Source of the DNA: the human T2T-CHM13v2.0 reference genome, Homo sapiens
Length of the DNA: 64,000 nt
Reading direction: 5' to 3' (one strand)
NCBI RefSeq assembly: GCF_009914755.1
Contig: NC_060947.1
Positions 29,914 to 44,760 of this stretch are shown in pieces. The notes below the pieces were generated by a model. It did not search any database, was not told the DNA's origin, and was given only the letters and a program-made list of their open reading frames with translations. The position numbers and the translations under genes are program-made. Numbering within the stretch: the stretch's first letter is position 1; each line of letters starts with the position of its first letter.

Positions 29914-30225
29914 GCATGGTGGCTCGCACCTGTAATCCCAGTACTTTGGGAGGCCAAGGCAGGTGGATGATTTGAAGCCAGGAGTTTGAGATCAGCCTGG
30001 CCAACATGGCGAGACCCTATCTATACTAAAAATACAAAAATTAGCCAGGCGTGGTGGTGCATGCCTGTAATCTCAGCTACTTGGAAGGCTGAAGAACGAG
30101 AATTGCTGAAACTCAGGAGGCAGACATTGCTGTGAGCTGCGAAGCACCACTGCACTCTAGCCTGGGTGATAGAGTGAGATGCTGTCTCAAAGAAAAAGGA
30201 AAAGAAAAGAGAAAAAGAAAAAAAA
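29914..30225 (+). mobile_element. Alu (J/early S) replacing part of L1 ORF1
   Basis: Dimeric Alu lacking its first ~6 nt; no TSD; flanking L1 sequences are non-adjacent in the consensus. Confidence 0.88.
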
Positions 30226-31001
30226 GAAATTCCAACCAGAATTTTATATCTGGTAAAACTAAGCTTTATAAGTGAAGAAGAAATATCCTTTTCAGACAAA
30301 CAAATGCTGAAGTAATTTGTTACCACCAGACTTGCCTTACAAGAAGTCCTAAAGGAAACACCAAATATGGAAAGGAAAGACCATCACCAGCCACTACAAC
30401 ACCACACTAAAGTACGCAGACCAGTGACACTATAAAGCAACCACATAAACAAGTCTGCAAAACATCATGATGACAGGATCACATCCAAACATATCAATAC
30501 TAACCTAAAATCTAAATGGACTAAATGCCACACCTAAAAGACACAGAGTGGCAATCTGGATTTAAAAAAAAAAAGATACATTGATATGGTCTTTTCAAGA
30601 GACCCATCTCACATTCAATGACACCCATAGTCTCAAAATAAAGGGATGGAGAAGAATCTATCAAGTAAATAGAAACAGCAAAAACCAGAGGTTGCAATCC
30701 TAGTTTCTGACAAAATAGACTTTAAATCAACAATGATCAAAGAAGACAAAGAAGGGCATTATATAATGGTAAAGGGTTCAATTCAACAAGAAAAGATTAA
30801 CTACTCTAAATATATATGCACACAACACAGGAGTACCAAGATTTATAAAGCAAGTTCTTGGAGACTTTAAAAGAGACTTAAGGCTCCCACACAATAATAG
30901 TGGGTGACTTTAACACCCCACAGGCAATATTAGATAGATCATTGAGACAGAAAATTAACAAAGATATTCAAAGCCTGAACTCAGAACTGGATCAAATGGA
31001 C

Positions 31002-31004
<3 letters not shown>

Positions 31005-31056
<52 letters not shown>

Positions 31057-31075
31057 GTATATGTATATGTATATA
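31005..31075. repeat. (TA)n/(TATATG)n compound microsatellite
   Basis: About 22 TA units followed by ~4 TATATG units inside L1 ORF2. Confidence 0.95.
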
Positions 31076-31368
31076 CAACTCTCCATCCCAAAACAACTGA
31101 GCCCCCCAAGTAGCTGGGATTTCATACTTCTCATCACCACATGATATGTACTCTAAAATAGATCACATAATCAGAAGTAAAACACTCCTCAGCAAATGCA
31201 AAAACACTGAAATTATAATAAACAGTTTATTGGACCTCATTGCAATCAAATTCAAAATCAAGACTAAGAAATTCATAAAAATAACCCATAGAATTACCTG
31301 GAAATTGAATAACATGCTCCTGAGTGACTTTTGGGTAAAATAAAATTAAGGCAGAAATCAAGAAGTTC

Positions 31369-31655
<287 letters not shown>

Positions 31656-33059
31656 AAATCAAGAAGTTATTTGAAACTAATGAGAACAAAGATATAACAT
31701 TCCAGGATCTCTAGGACACACATAAGGCAGTGTTGAGAGTGAAATTTATAGCACTAAATGCCCACATCAAAAAGTTATAAAGATCTCAAATTGACAACCT
31801 AACTTCACAACTAAAATAACTAGAGAACCGAGAGTAAACAAACCCAAAAGCTAGCAAAAGACAAGAAATAACCAAGATCAGAGCTGAGCTAAAAGAAATA
31901 GACATACACACACAAAAAAAAATTCAAAAGATCAAACAAATCCAAAAGTTGCTTTCTTGAAAAAAAAATAAAATAGATCACTAGCTAGACTAATAAAGGA
32001 GAAAAGAGAGAACATTCAAATGAACACAATAAGAAATGACAAGGGAGATATTACCACTGACCCCACAGGAATAAAAACAACCATAAGATAATATTATGAA
32101 AACCTCTATGCACGAAAACTAGAAAATCTAGAAGAAATGGATAAATTCCTGTACACACACAACCTCCCAAGACTGAACCAAGAAGAAAGTGAATCCCTGA
32201 ACAGACAAATGAAGAACTCTGAAATTGAGGCAGTAATAAATAGCCTACCTCCCTCCAAAAGCCCATGACTAGATGGATTCACAGTTGAATTCTATCAGAT
32301 GTGAAAACAAGAGCTGGTACCACTGCTACTGAAACTATTCCAAAAAACTGTGGAGAAGGAATTCCTCCCAACCTCATTCTATGAGGCCAACATCATCCTG
32401 ACATCAAAACCTCTTAGAAATACAACAAAAAAAGAAAACCTCAGGTCAATAGCCTTGATGAATATTAATGCAAAAATCCTCCACAAAATACTGGTAAACT
32501 TAATCCAGCAGCACATCAGAAAGCTTATCCAACATGATTAAGGAGGTTTTATCCTTGGGTTGCAAGGGTGGTTCAATATAGGCAAACCAATGAATATGAT
32601 TCATTACATAAACGGAACTGAAGACAAAAACCACAATATTATCTCAATAGATGTGGAAAAGGCCTTTGATAAAATTAAACATTGCTTCATGTTAAAAACT
32701 CTCAATAAACTAGGTACTGAAGGAAAACACCTCAAAATAATGAGAGCCACCTATGACAAACCCACAGCCAACATCTTACTGAATGGGCAAAAGCTGGAAG
32801 CATTCCCCTTGAAATCGGGCACAAGACAAGGATGCCCTTTCTCACCACTCCAATTCAACATGGTATTAGAAGTTCTGGCCAGGGCAATCAGGCAAGAGAA
32901 AGAAATACATGGCATCTAAAGAGGAAGAGAAGAAGTCAAACTATCCCTCTTTGCAGATGACATAATCCTATATCTAGAAAACCTTATAGTCTCAGCCCAG
33001 AAACTTCTTAAGCTGATAAGCAATTTCAGCAAAGTCTCAGGATATAAAGTGAATGTGCA

Positions 33060-33333
33060 GGCAGGGCAAGGTGGCTCAGGCATGTAATCCCAGAATTTTG
33101 GGAGGTCAAGACAGAAGGATTGTTTGAGCCTAGGAGTTCAAGACCAGTGTGGGCAACATGGCAAGACTCTGTGTCTACAAAAAAAAATAACAAAAAACGG
33201 TGGTGTGCATCTATAGTCCCAGCTACTCGGGAGGCTGAGGTGGTGGGATCCCAGGAGATGGAGGTTGCAGTGAACCAAGATCTCGTCACTGCACTCCAGC
33301 CTGGGCCACAGGGTGAGACACTGTCTCAAAAAA
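33060..33333 (+). mobile_element. AluJ-like
   Basis: ggattgtttgagcctaggagttcaagaccagtgtgggcaacatgg J diagnostics; decayed TSD ending atgtgca on both sides. Confidence 0.85.
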
Positions 33334-35081
33334 AAAATCCATGTGCAAAAATTACTAGCATTTTTATACACCAACAACAGTAAAGCTGAGAGCCAAATTA
33401 GGAATGAATTCCCACTCACAATTATGATGAAAAGAATAAAATACCTAGGAATACAGTAGACCAGGGAGGTGAAAGATCTTTACAAGGAGAACTACATACC
33501 ACTGCTCAAAGAAATCAGAGATGACACAAATGAAGAAACAGTCCATGCTCATGGATAGAATCAATATCATTAAAATGGACATACTGCCAAAAACAATGTA
33601 TAGATTTAATGGTATACCTATTCAACTACCATGGACATTATTCACAGAGCTAAAAATTTTTTTTTAAATTCATATGGAATCAATAAAGAGGCTGAATAGC
33701 CATGGCAATCCTAAGCAAAAGGCAAAGCTGAAGGCATCATGCTACCTGACTTCAAACTATACTACAGGGCTACAGTAACCAAAACAGCACAGTACCAGTA
33801 CAAAAGCAGACACATAGACAATTGGAACAGAATAAAGTCTCCAGAAATAAGACCACACATCTATAGCTATCTGATCTCTGACAACCTGACCAAAAAAGGC
33901 AATGGGGAAAAAATTCCCTCTTCAATAAGTGGTGCTGGCATAACTGGCTAGCCATATGCAGAAAATTACAACGGGACCTCTTCCTTAGACCTTATACAAA
34001 AAATTAACTCAAGATGGATTAAAGACTCAAATGTAAAACCCAAAACTATAAAAATCCTAGAAGACAACCTTGGTAATACCATTCAGGACACAGGCACAGG
34101 CAAATGTTTCCTGATGAAGACCTCAAAAGCAATCCCAACGAAAGCAAAAATTGACAAATGGGATCTACTTAACTAAAGAGCTGCACAGCAAAAGAAACTA
34201 TCATGAGTGAACAGACAACCTACACAATGGGAGAAAATTTTTGCAAACTGTGCATCCAACAAAGGTCTAATATCCAGCATCTATAAGGAATTTAAACAAA
34301 TTTACAAGAAAAAAAAATGAACAACCCCATTAAAAAATGGGCAAAGGATATGAACACTTTTCAAAAGAAGACATACATGTGGTCAAGAATCATATAAAAA
34401 AGCTCAACATCACTATAAATAGAGAAATTCAAATCAAAACCACAATGAAATACCATCTCACACCTGTCAGAATGGCTATTACTAAAAAGTTGAAAAATAA
34501 GTGCTGGCGAGGTTGTGGAGAAAAAGGTACACGTATACACTTTTGGTGGGAGTGTAAATTAGTTCAACCATTGTGTAAGACAATGTGGCAATTCCTCAAA
34601 GACCTAAAAACAGAAATACTATTCAACACAGCAATGCCATTACTGTGTATATACACAAAGGAATATAAGTCACTCTATTATAAAGACAAATGCACACACA
34701 TGTTCATTGCAACAGTATTCACAATAGCAAAGACATGGAATCAACCTAAATGTCCATCAGTGATAGACTGGATGAAGAAAATGTGGTACATATTAACACC
34801 ATGGAATACTATGAAGCCATTGAAAGGGATGAGATTATGTTATTATTATTATTTTTTTTTGCAGGAACATGGATGGAGATGGAGGCCATTGTCTTTAGCA
34901 AAATAACACAGGTACATAAAACCAAGCACCACATGTTCTCACTTATAAGTGGGAGTTAAGTGATGAGAACACATGGACACATAGAAGAGAACAACAAACA
35001 CTGGAGCCTATTGGAGGGTGGAGGATGGAGGGTGGGAGGTGGGAGAGGGTCAGGAAAAATAACTAATGGGTACTAGGCTTA

Positions 35082-35599
<518 letters not shown>

Positions 35600-35869
35600 T
35601 TAATAGAGTCAAGTTGAGACATGCAAGTCCATTTGCTTAATATTAGTGCATTGATCTAGGGACAGATAACTAAAAAATAGTTAATATTTGACTGTACTCA
35701 TATACTGCCACTGGTTTGCAGTGGGACAATTTGTGAAATGGAAACATAGATGGGTGCCTAAAGCCTGACAATCTTGAATTACCATTCAAAAGTACTTTAA
35801 AACCATCCTAGACAAGACTGTCTCATGTAAAAGAAACAAAGATGGGTGAATTCTACTTCTGAAATAATT

Positions 35870-36585
35870 TTTTTTGTTCTGTCCTCTCCTCTTCCATCTC
35901 ATGGCCCTTGCATCGATGACAGGTGTCTATTACACAGTGCCAGCAGCCTCCTAAACCAGTTATTCAGCCTACCTCTATGACCTCCCAGCCCTCACCTCCT
36001 TTGTGCATCCCCCCAACTCAGTGCCAACAAAGAAACCTTTCTATAACGCAGATGCTTATGTCAGGCCTCTGCCTAAAATTACTTATTGACAGAGGCCTAA
36101 TACCCATAGATGAAGTTATAAAATACTTAGAGTGATATGCAAAATCACTTAGAGTGACAGAGAAGTCCCTAACTTCTAGTTTTCTCTCATACCACTTTTT
36201 CTCATGAATCCTATACTGAACTGTTAGCTGTTGCCTAACACCATTATTTTTTTTATATCTCTGCACCTTCATGTACATTATTCTGCCTGTCTAGAATGAT
36301 CTTCCTTTCATTCCCTAGTTACCAGCTACCCTTGTTTTGTGGCTTAATCATTACCTTTTATATGAAAGTATACCCAGATGCTGCTTTTATGTAAACAGAA
36401 ATACAGATGCGATGTCTGTGCTCTCTGAGCTGTCTATATATTGATTTTATCACATTGCATTTCAATTGTCTATGTGTTTGTCTCCTATCAGGTTTTGAGA
36501 GTTTTGAAGACAATGACCATGTCTGATTCATCTTGAGAACCCCAGTTCACAGCAACTCAGTGTAGGTGCACAGTCAATAATTTAA
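35870..36585 (+). mobile_element. L2 LINE relic
   Basis: tctgcctgtctagaatg, tcacattgcatttcaattgtctatgtgtttgtctcc...catgtctgattcatcttg...gtaggtgcacagtcaataa L2 3' motifs. Confidence 0.65.
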
Positions 36586-37115
36586 AATACAATTCAGAAT
36601 ACTGATATGATGCAAGTAAACAGAAAACTAACATGGAACAATGAAACGATGATGAACATAAGCTCAAGGCAGAGTCTGTTTTCCCTTTCTTATACTCCTA
36701 TAAAAGGAGAAGGATTCCAATTTTGATAACATGACTGTAATTAGTTAACAAAAGGATACAGGGAACAGTGTAGCCTATTACAATAGAAAAATGCATGCCC
36801 TAAAATTAAGGCATCTCAAAGTACATGTCTTTTTATTAGATAGTTTGTTGGTTTACAATTTAAACTTTGGTGGTTTTAAAATGTAAACCACTAGAAAAAT
36901 CTTCTTGTGGTTTTTAAAAGTGAAGAAAAATAATTTGTAAAATGGTTAAGAGTTAAATTAGACAAGAATGACCCAGTTGCTTCCACCATTTTATAACATT
37001 CACTGTCTATGTACATGCTTTTTAATGTTTTTTTTTCTCCCACATTAATCAAATGCTAGGATATAGGGCATATCGAGGCCATAGCCTACCTAAGCACTAA
37101 ATGCCATTCGCACTT

Positions 37116-37284
37116 GTTTTATTTTATTTCATTTTTGAGACGGAGTCTCCTTCTGTCGCCCAGGCTGGGATGCCGTAACAGAATCTCGGCTCACTGCGAC
37201 CTCCACCTCCAGGGCTCAAGAGATTCTCCTGCTTCAGACTCCCTAGTAGCTGAGATTACAGGCATGTGCCATTCCCAGCTAATT
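37116..37284 (-). mobile_element. 5'-truncated Alu (right arm only)
   Basis: ttttgagacggagtctc...gctgagattacaggcatgtgccattcccagctaattt, then Alu similarity ends. Confidence 0.85.
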
Positions 37285-39348
37285 TGCTATTCACCTTTTG
37301 ATTCCGGAGAATCAAAGGTGTCCTGTTGAGCAGTCTTGTGTGAATGAGAATCAGGTCTTGAATAAATTGCTCACAAAATCCATGCCGAACTAATCTCCCA
37401 ATGGCTCCCAGTGATCACAAGGTCTTTTACACAAATCTCTGCAATGCTTGACTGACCTCATTGGCCTCCTGCACCTCAGTAAATGGATCCATAGGGGCAT
37501 TTGCCTTGTATTTAAGGAAAGAAAGAATCTTTCTGAATTTGGACTAAATGCCATAAAATCTCTGTCATGTACAAATGCAATAATTATTGCAGCTGGGCCT
37601 ATGGGCCACTTCTTATTAAGAAAAAAATCATTTATTTGCAAGAGTTCTAAAAACTCAAAGCATTTAGATCGTTCGTACTGCCACATTTCTATTATTAATC
37701 ATCCACTATAAAACCAGCTGAAAGAAACATGTCCAGTGTTTTCTTTTCAGTTATCTAAAGTAATGATAATATTTGTACTAATTCTAGACATTGAGATACA
37801 GTAATTTTATACATTCTAAGTTTTTAACAACACATTTCAAAGGTGTATATGAGAAGCAAATATATTGGAAATTAAGGAAACAGTAGTTAATCACATCTCA
37901 ATCATTTTACCACTATTTCTTTTAAATAAATACGTATATAATGAAGTTAGTACAGGTTACTATTTCAGAAAAAAAGAAGAAATATAAGATATTTCTTTGG
38001 ATGTTATTTCTAACTTTATCTTATGATTCTCTTGAGTTTAACGTTTTAAATTATTATGCATTTATATATTTCCTGATCTATTCAGTTTCTATATACTTGC
38101 TGCCTTAAAAACCTGAGCTAGAAGTGACTTTTAATATTAACTTTATTCTATTAGTGTTTTTATTATCAATTTTCATGATCTGCATTCAAAGGAGAGAAGA
38201 AAAAGGGAGGCTGTGTGTAAATGACAAAATATGAATTCTTAAGTTTGAGTCATCCTTTATGACATTAACAATGAAATGAAGAAGATGTCATTAAACAATG
38301 GGCTAGAAGTGAAAAGTTTAAGAGTTTTCTTTTCCACTTCGCCTCCAACCGATTTTGTGCCTTAATAGCCACATCAGCAAAAATGGCATTATTGGCTTCT
38401 CATTTCCCTGGATAGTGGTAAAATTTAAATTGCTGATGGCTAGCCTGTGAGATTCATGATTTGTACCAGGTAAAAGGAAAAGGGCCAAGGACCGTATGGA
38501 TAAGGTAAGAATGTCTAGTTTTAAATCAAAATACATTTGAAATAATCAGAGAAAAGAGTAAGAAAACAAGATATTAAAAAGCAGAAAGTATTCATGAATT
38601 AAACCTCCAATTATGTGCTGGAGTGAATACTATCATTTTAGTGTACATGTCTACTTTTTTAAAAAAGATCTCCTCTCTAGTCTCTACTGTTGCCTGAGGA
38701 TATTCAATGTTTGGAAAGCTATAGTTGATATTGTGGCACAGGACTATGAATGGCTTGCTATATAATCAGGGAAGAAGTCTATAAGATTATAAAGATTTGC
38801 GCTGATCTATCTTGAAACATATATATTTATATATGTAATGTTCCTTCAATAACTACAAGGCTCCAATTACACACAGAGGTGAGTTTTGACAACACAAATA
38901 TGATGAAAGATAAAATATTTTGAGAATAAAATTACTAGGGTCTGATATCTATATATAGGGTGATAGACAATCATTTTTTACTGTCTTTAAAATAAATTAT
39001 ATTCTGACAGAAGTAAAATATTCTTCTTTCTAGAAACAGGTGATTTTCAGTTCTAGTATTTAGATTATTTGTCTCTACTGTATCTAAAAATCTTCAGGTA
39101 GTGTTTTTTTTTCAGAGATCTATTCAGACTTTAATGCCCACAGGGAGAAAAAGCACACTGCTTTGGGCTTCTTTCCTATTTCTTGTTTTTCATTAAGTAT
39201 GAGTTGTAAGTGAGCAAGAAACCCTATTATATCTGAGTCAGTGTCAGCGATCACATAATTATTTGCCTGATTACTTTTCAATTTTATGTTTTCAAGCATT
39301 TGCTTCCTCTGAGGTCTTCACTTTGCTTTGTCTAAGATTTGGAAATGA

Positions 39349-39735
<387 letters not shown>

Positions 39736-41858
39736 TATCCTGTGTTCTAATGATAATACTCTTATCTTTATACTAAATTTGACCTCTAAGAAAGAGACTA
39801 AAAAAGAATACTGTGGGCAGCCTTTGTGATCTAAATCATTCCAAATTACTTAGTTATAACAAAATCATATATCAGGCTTTACTTTAGTAAATGAAATATT
39901 CCCATTATTAGGCAACATCATAGCTATAGGCTTTCAAAAAATTAGAGTGAAATTTCTGCTGTAATTAGCATTTTATAAAATTAGAAATACAGTTCTTCAG
40001 TTGCTAAAATGATCTTCAACGTTCTTGTTCTGTTAAAATCTTTCTCTCATAAATTTCTAGAGAGCATATATGAGAAAAGAAAAGAATATGGCAAAATAAT
40101 ATCTGGATTGCATTAAAGTGAATTATAGTGGATTTAATTTCATTGTAGCTCTCTTTCCAATCCAGTCATACATTACATGACCTAACATAAATTTTGTGGT
40201 TTTAAAAGTTGTTAGCTTACAAGATTCACAGCAAACACAGGTGGAAATTTCTGTTCTGGAAAAATGATAAATTCACAAAGTAGATTAGTTACAGCAAAAT
40301 TTAGTTTTTAAAATAAATTACCAAATGCCATTTCTATCTCTGATAGTCAGAATGTGTCTGTGATTATACCACTTAACTAATTGTTTCATAGTAAAATAGA
40401 TTTCATTTGAAGGTTGTGGTAAGATACAATTATGGAATAATTGGCAATTATGTGATGCTTTAAGGCACCTGTGAACAAAAAAGAATAAATGAGATTAGAC
40501 ATTCAAATCTTTTCAAGCAGTGGATAATTTTCCCATTATCCAGGGTTTCTTTTTAAAGACGTCTCTACTCAATAACCCATTTTTCTAAATGTTTATAGCC
40601 ACAGATAGAACAAAGAAAAATCATTTGTATCTTATTTATATAAGAATTTTGTCCGCAAAGATATTTATGAGAAAATGAGGTAAATAAGAGTAGTCAACAT
40701 ACACCAACACACTGTATGATATATAGTTAAGATTCCATATTACAAAACACATTGTTTACAGTACTATGTTGAAGTTCCCAGGTCAACATAAAATAACATC
40801 TCAACCAACATAACCATGTGTTTATGGGGCAAAATACCAATGAACAAAACTTTATGAAATCTACTGAGCTATTCAGTACATTTAAGGTACACCAAAAGAA
40901 TCATTTGTTCCAACATTGTTAAGTATCTGGTAGTGGAAGCATTTAACGAGAAAGTTAATGAAGGGGACCTACAATGTCTGATAAGTCATTTATGAAGAGA
41001 AAATGCGTTAACACCTGGGTGATAGCAACATAGGAGCTGTGCAGAATTTAAATCAACACACGTGACAGCACATCTGAAAAAGGAAATACAGTATCATAAA
41101 ATTCCATGTGTCAGAAAGCATGTAGCTCAGACTTAGGCCTGTCTATGCTAAGACAAGCAAAATTCCAACATAAGGGTTTACTGTTAAGGCAAGGTTAACA
41201 CAACACAAACCATGATACATAGACATTATTTATGGTCTACAGTGAAGAGGACACGATGGAGTCTAAATGATGAGGGCAAACAAATCAAAATTATTAAAGA
41301 GACCGTGTGCTTATTTTTAACCTAAGGTTATTCTTAAATTATATGGTGATCATGTGGAGGGCAAAGGACAGCGAAACAATAGGTGTTTTCATTCTGTGCC
41401 CTTCTCCAAAGTTCTATAACCTGGTAGAAATAGAAACAAGGATTGCTACTTCAGACCCTCACTTTCCCCAAGTTCTCTATCATAATATATGAACCCCGAA
41501 ATGTGTAATTGTTGTTATTTTTAAGACTGCATGTTTCTTCTGTAGGGATTTTTTATTTATAGCAAACTAAGATTTTTTATTTCTATGTTAAGAATTTCCT
41601 TGTAAGATTTGTATTTGGTAACAATGAAAGATTCTGCCTTGTCTATAGAAAAGATTTCCATAATATTCTACAACTGATTTTAAAGATGGAACAGCCCAGT
41701 AAACAATGGGCAATATATTTGTTTACCTGGCATTCAATAAGACATGAATATCCTTACATGAATAAATCACTCCAAGTATTCTTTACAAGAAATCTATCAC
41801 CAAATATGGGCCCCTCTCAATATATTCTAGTGGTATCTTGAAAAAATATTAACAACAT

Positions 41859-42668
41859 TGAAGTTTGAAGTTATGCTCCTGGAAAACACAGATAAATTCC
41901 ACCTCCACACCTCCCGACCACCATCAAATTTTCGTATTCTAGGAAATGACTTACCATAAAGAAATGCCCTTCTCCATGTGACTTGGATAAGACTAGCAGA
42001 TGACTCCCTTGGCTACCTATGACAAGGGCAGAAGCATCCTCCAAATTCCCATTCTGTGTGTCATAAATGATGAGCCGAACTGTTCCTTCAAACTGATCAA
42101 TTTGTACAAATTACCCACTAACTTGACTTGATCAAATTTTAGTCAGGCTTCCTCCCTCCTCTGAGAAATCTGAAGTTTGGCCAACCTTCGGTGCAAGCCA
42201 GCATCAAAGTGTGAACAGCCAGCCCGTCTTTAACAGTCCTTCTGAAAAATAGGCTGAGTATAAGAAAAAACATTGCCTGATAACCTGTCTATTCAAGTTA
42301 CCTGTTTGTTCTACTCCCTTACACCGAGTTTCCTCTAGCCTTGTTTACTCCTTATTTTTAAAAAGACCTCCATAGGGGGAGGGGGGAGGGATAGCATTAG
42401 GAGATATACCTAATACTAAATGACGAGTTAATGGGTGCAGCACACCAGCATGGCACACATATACCTATGTAACTAACTGGCACATTGTACACACGTACCC
42501 TAAAACTTAAAGTATAATAATAAAAAAAAGACCTTTACGTTTGACCTTATAGAGGCTCAAGGTTCGCAAATCTTTTACCCAATTGCAATGGTCCTACCCC
42601 CCTTATGCAGCAGTCTTTTCCAATAAAGTCTCTTCTTAACCAAATATGGATTTGTTTTTTATTTGGCA
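41859..42668 (+). mobile_element. ERV1 LTR (MER67/MER31 group), interrupted by an L1 3' fragment
   Basis: ttgatcaaattttagtcaggcttc motif; 3' part ccaattgcaatggtcc...aataaagtctcttc...ttttatttggca; left boundary approximate. Confidence 0.6.
42370..42524 (+). mobile_element. Severely 5'-truncated young L1 (L1PA2/3-like) 3' end
   Basis: gggggaggggggagggatagcattaggagatatacc...ctaaaacttaaagtataataataaaa; TSD aaaaagacct at 42360-42369 and 42525-42534; TT/AAAA site. Confidence 0.92.
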
Positions 42669-43689
42669 ATAGTTAGACATCTCACTGAGTACCCTCCCAC
42701 CCTCAGGGATTACTATTACAGACATCTGCTGAAAAGCAGAACATTCAGTCAACCTTGTGATATTCTGTGTTCCATCATTCTGGCAAGCTACAGTATTTCT
42801 CCTTCAACAGTCTATCAAAAAATAAAATGGTTCTTCTGTCAGGTTCTTGTAAAGGGAAACAGCCTATAATTAAATACTTGGCTCAGCTCACATATGTATG
42901 GCAGAAGAATTTCCAATAATGGTAAGATTGTTGCTGGTAAAGAAACTAAATGATACCACACAAAAAGAGGAGAGAAATATTCAGGCATCCAGATGAGAAA
43001 TGTATACTTGGTTGTATGCTTGTTGTTCATGTTTTTTTTTCTATGTAATAAAAATTCCAATGTTTCTGCTTTAAAACAGTTTAATTATCTTACAAAGAAA
43101 TATTCCTATGAAGAAATGGACTGCCTTAACAAAAATATTGTGATGACTGGAATGATTTAATTTTTGCTACTCTAAGTAATTCATACATGGAAAAAATAAC
43201 AATTGCTTATAACTATTAATTACTTTATTGTCACAGTGTTCATCAAGCTTACAAAATCGTTTTACTATTCCCGGAATACTGCTCAGTGATTTCTCCAGAA
43301 CTGGTGATTAAAGCATTAGGCCAGAATTGTGGAAATGAAACCTACAGTGGAAAAACAGTAGTTTACATTTTTTTGTTTTCATCTTCAGGGTATATTACTG
43401 CACTTCAGACAGAAAAAAATAGCTGTGGCCCATAACCAATAAATGAAGAGAAACCATTGTAGAGTTAAGGGAAATCTATCAGTTGTCCTAGAAGAAACTA
43501 CCCAACAACTCCACATTTTTCTTGTTTGACATAGCTAACAAGGTAAGTATCTAGGAGAAAAACAGTTTTTTAGTGACCACTAAATGTTTACAGTTTCTTA
43601 GCATAGTTAGGAACAAACAGGGAAAGGACGTGGTGGTGCTATATGCATCAGAAGGGCCAATGAACAAAGTAAATTAACGGTGAACCTAT

Positions 43690-44050
43690 ACTTCAAGTTT
43701 CTGTTCTGACATGAAATGACCTTGTAAGCCATCACTCCTTATATCAAGAAAGTGCTGGACAAACAGAAAATTAACAACCTTTTAAATAATATGTAATTAT
43801 TATAATATAATTTTAATATTAAATATTAATAATATTTTAAAACTTTTCCAACAACAGGAAGCAAATTTCTCCTCACTATACCAGTATAAACTTCCCAAAC
43901 TGAGATGCAAAGAGAAAAAAAAGAATAATAAAAAAAACAGAACAGAACTTCTAAAAACTGTGGGACAGTATCCAAAGGGTTTAGTAATATATACCAGTAG
44001 AAAAAAGAAAGGAAGAACTGGGTAAAAAAAAAAAAAAAAAAAAAAAATTG
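43690..44050 (+). mobile_element. Old L1M 5'/ORF1 fragments
   Basis: aacttcccaaactgagatgcaaagagaaaaaaaagaat...aacagaacagaac...aactgtgggaca resembles L1M ORF1. Confidence 0.55.
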
Positions 44051-44089
44051 AAGTCAAAGATCTAACCACCTTTGCAAAATCCTAGCCAT

Positions 44090-44760
44090 TTCATTGATGG
44101 ATTCATTTATTTCTTTATCAGTTCATTTTTTTTAAAAAAAAGATTTGTGTGGTACTACTGTGTAGACACTAATGGTACAAGACTGAGACATTGCTTTGAA
44201 GAACAATGTTAAAACAAAACAATACAAGAAGTGAATAAAGTAACTGCAGAGTATAAATTATGTGCCGTGAAGGAAATAAGCAGGACACTAAAATACAGTA
44301 GTCCTATCTTTTCTGCAATTTTGTTTTCTGAGGTTTCAGTGGTGCAAAAATAGTCAATGGAAAATTGCAGAAATAAAAGGTTCCTAAGTTTTAAAATGCA
44401 CACCGTTCTGAACAGCATGATGAAATCTTGCACCCTCCTGGGTCAGTACTGCCCAGGATGTGAATCTTCCCATTGTCTAGTGTATACATGTTGTAGACCC
44501 TGCGGCCCATTAGTCACTTAGTAGCCATTTCAGGTATCAGATAGAAAAATTATAGTGTTATAAGGTTCTGTACTATGTGCAGTTGCAGGCATCTGCTGGG
44601 AATCTTGAAGATTATCCATTTTGGATAAATGGGGACTACTGTAGAAGGCAAAGTTTTGGGTAAATATTTCATTTGGGGTGATCAGGAAAGGTCACTCTAA
44701 AGATATGACATTCAAACTGACACTTAAAGATGAGACAGAGCTAGCTGAATGGAGCATGGA
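44090..44760 (-). mobile_element. L2 relic interrupted by a MER44A-like element
   Basis: ttcattgatggattcattt tail; ggggtgatcaggaaaggtcactctaaagatatgacattcaaactgacacttaaagatga. Confidence 0.6.
44296..44641 (+). mobile_element. MER44A (Tigger7-derived) DNA transposon
   Basis: Terminal inverted repeats cagtagtcc / ggactactg flanked by TA; internal cccattagtcacttagtagcc. Confidence 0.82.

Noticed and set aside
37390-37711. Overlapping 98-aa (minus) and 87-aa (plus) ORFs in unique DNA
   Set aside because: No recognisable protein family and no convincing splice signals
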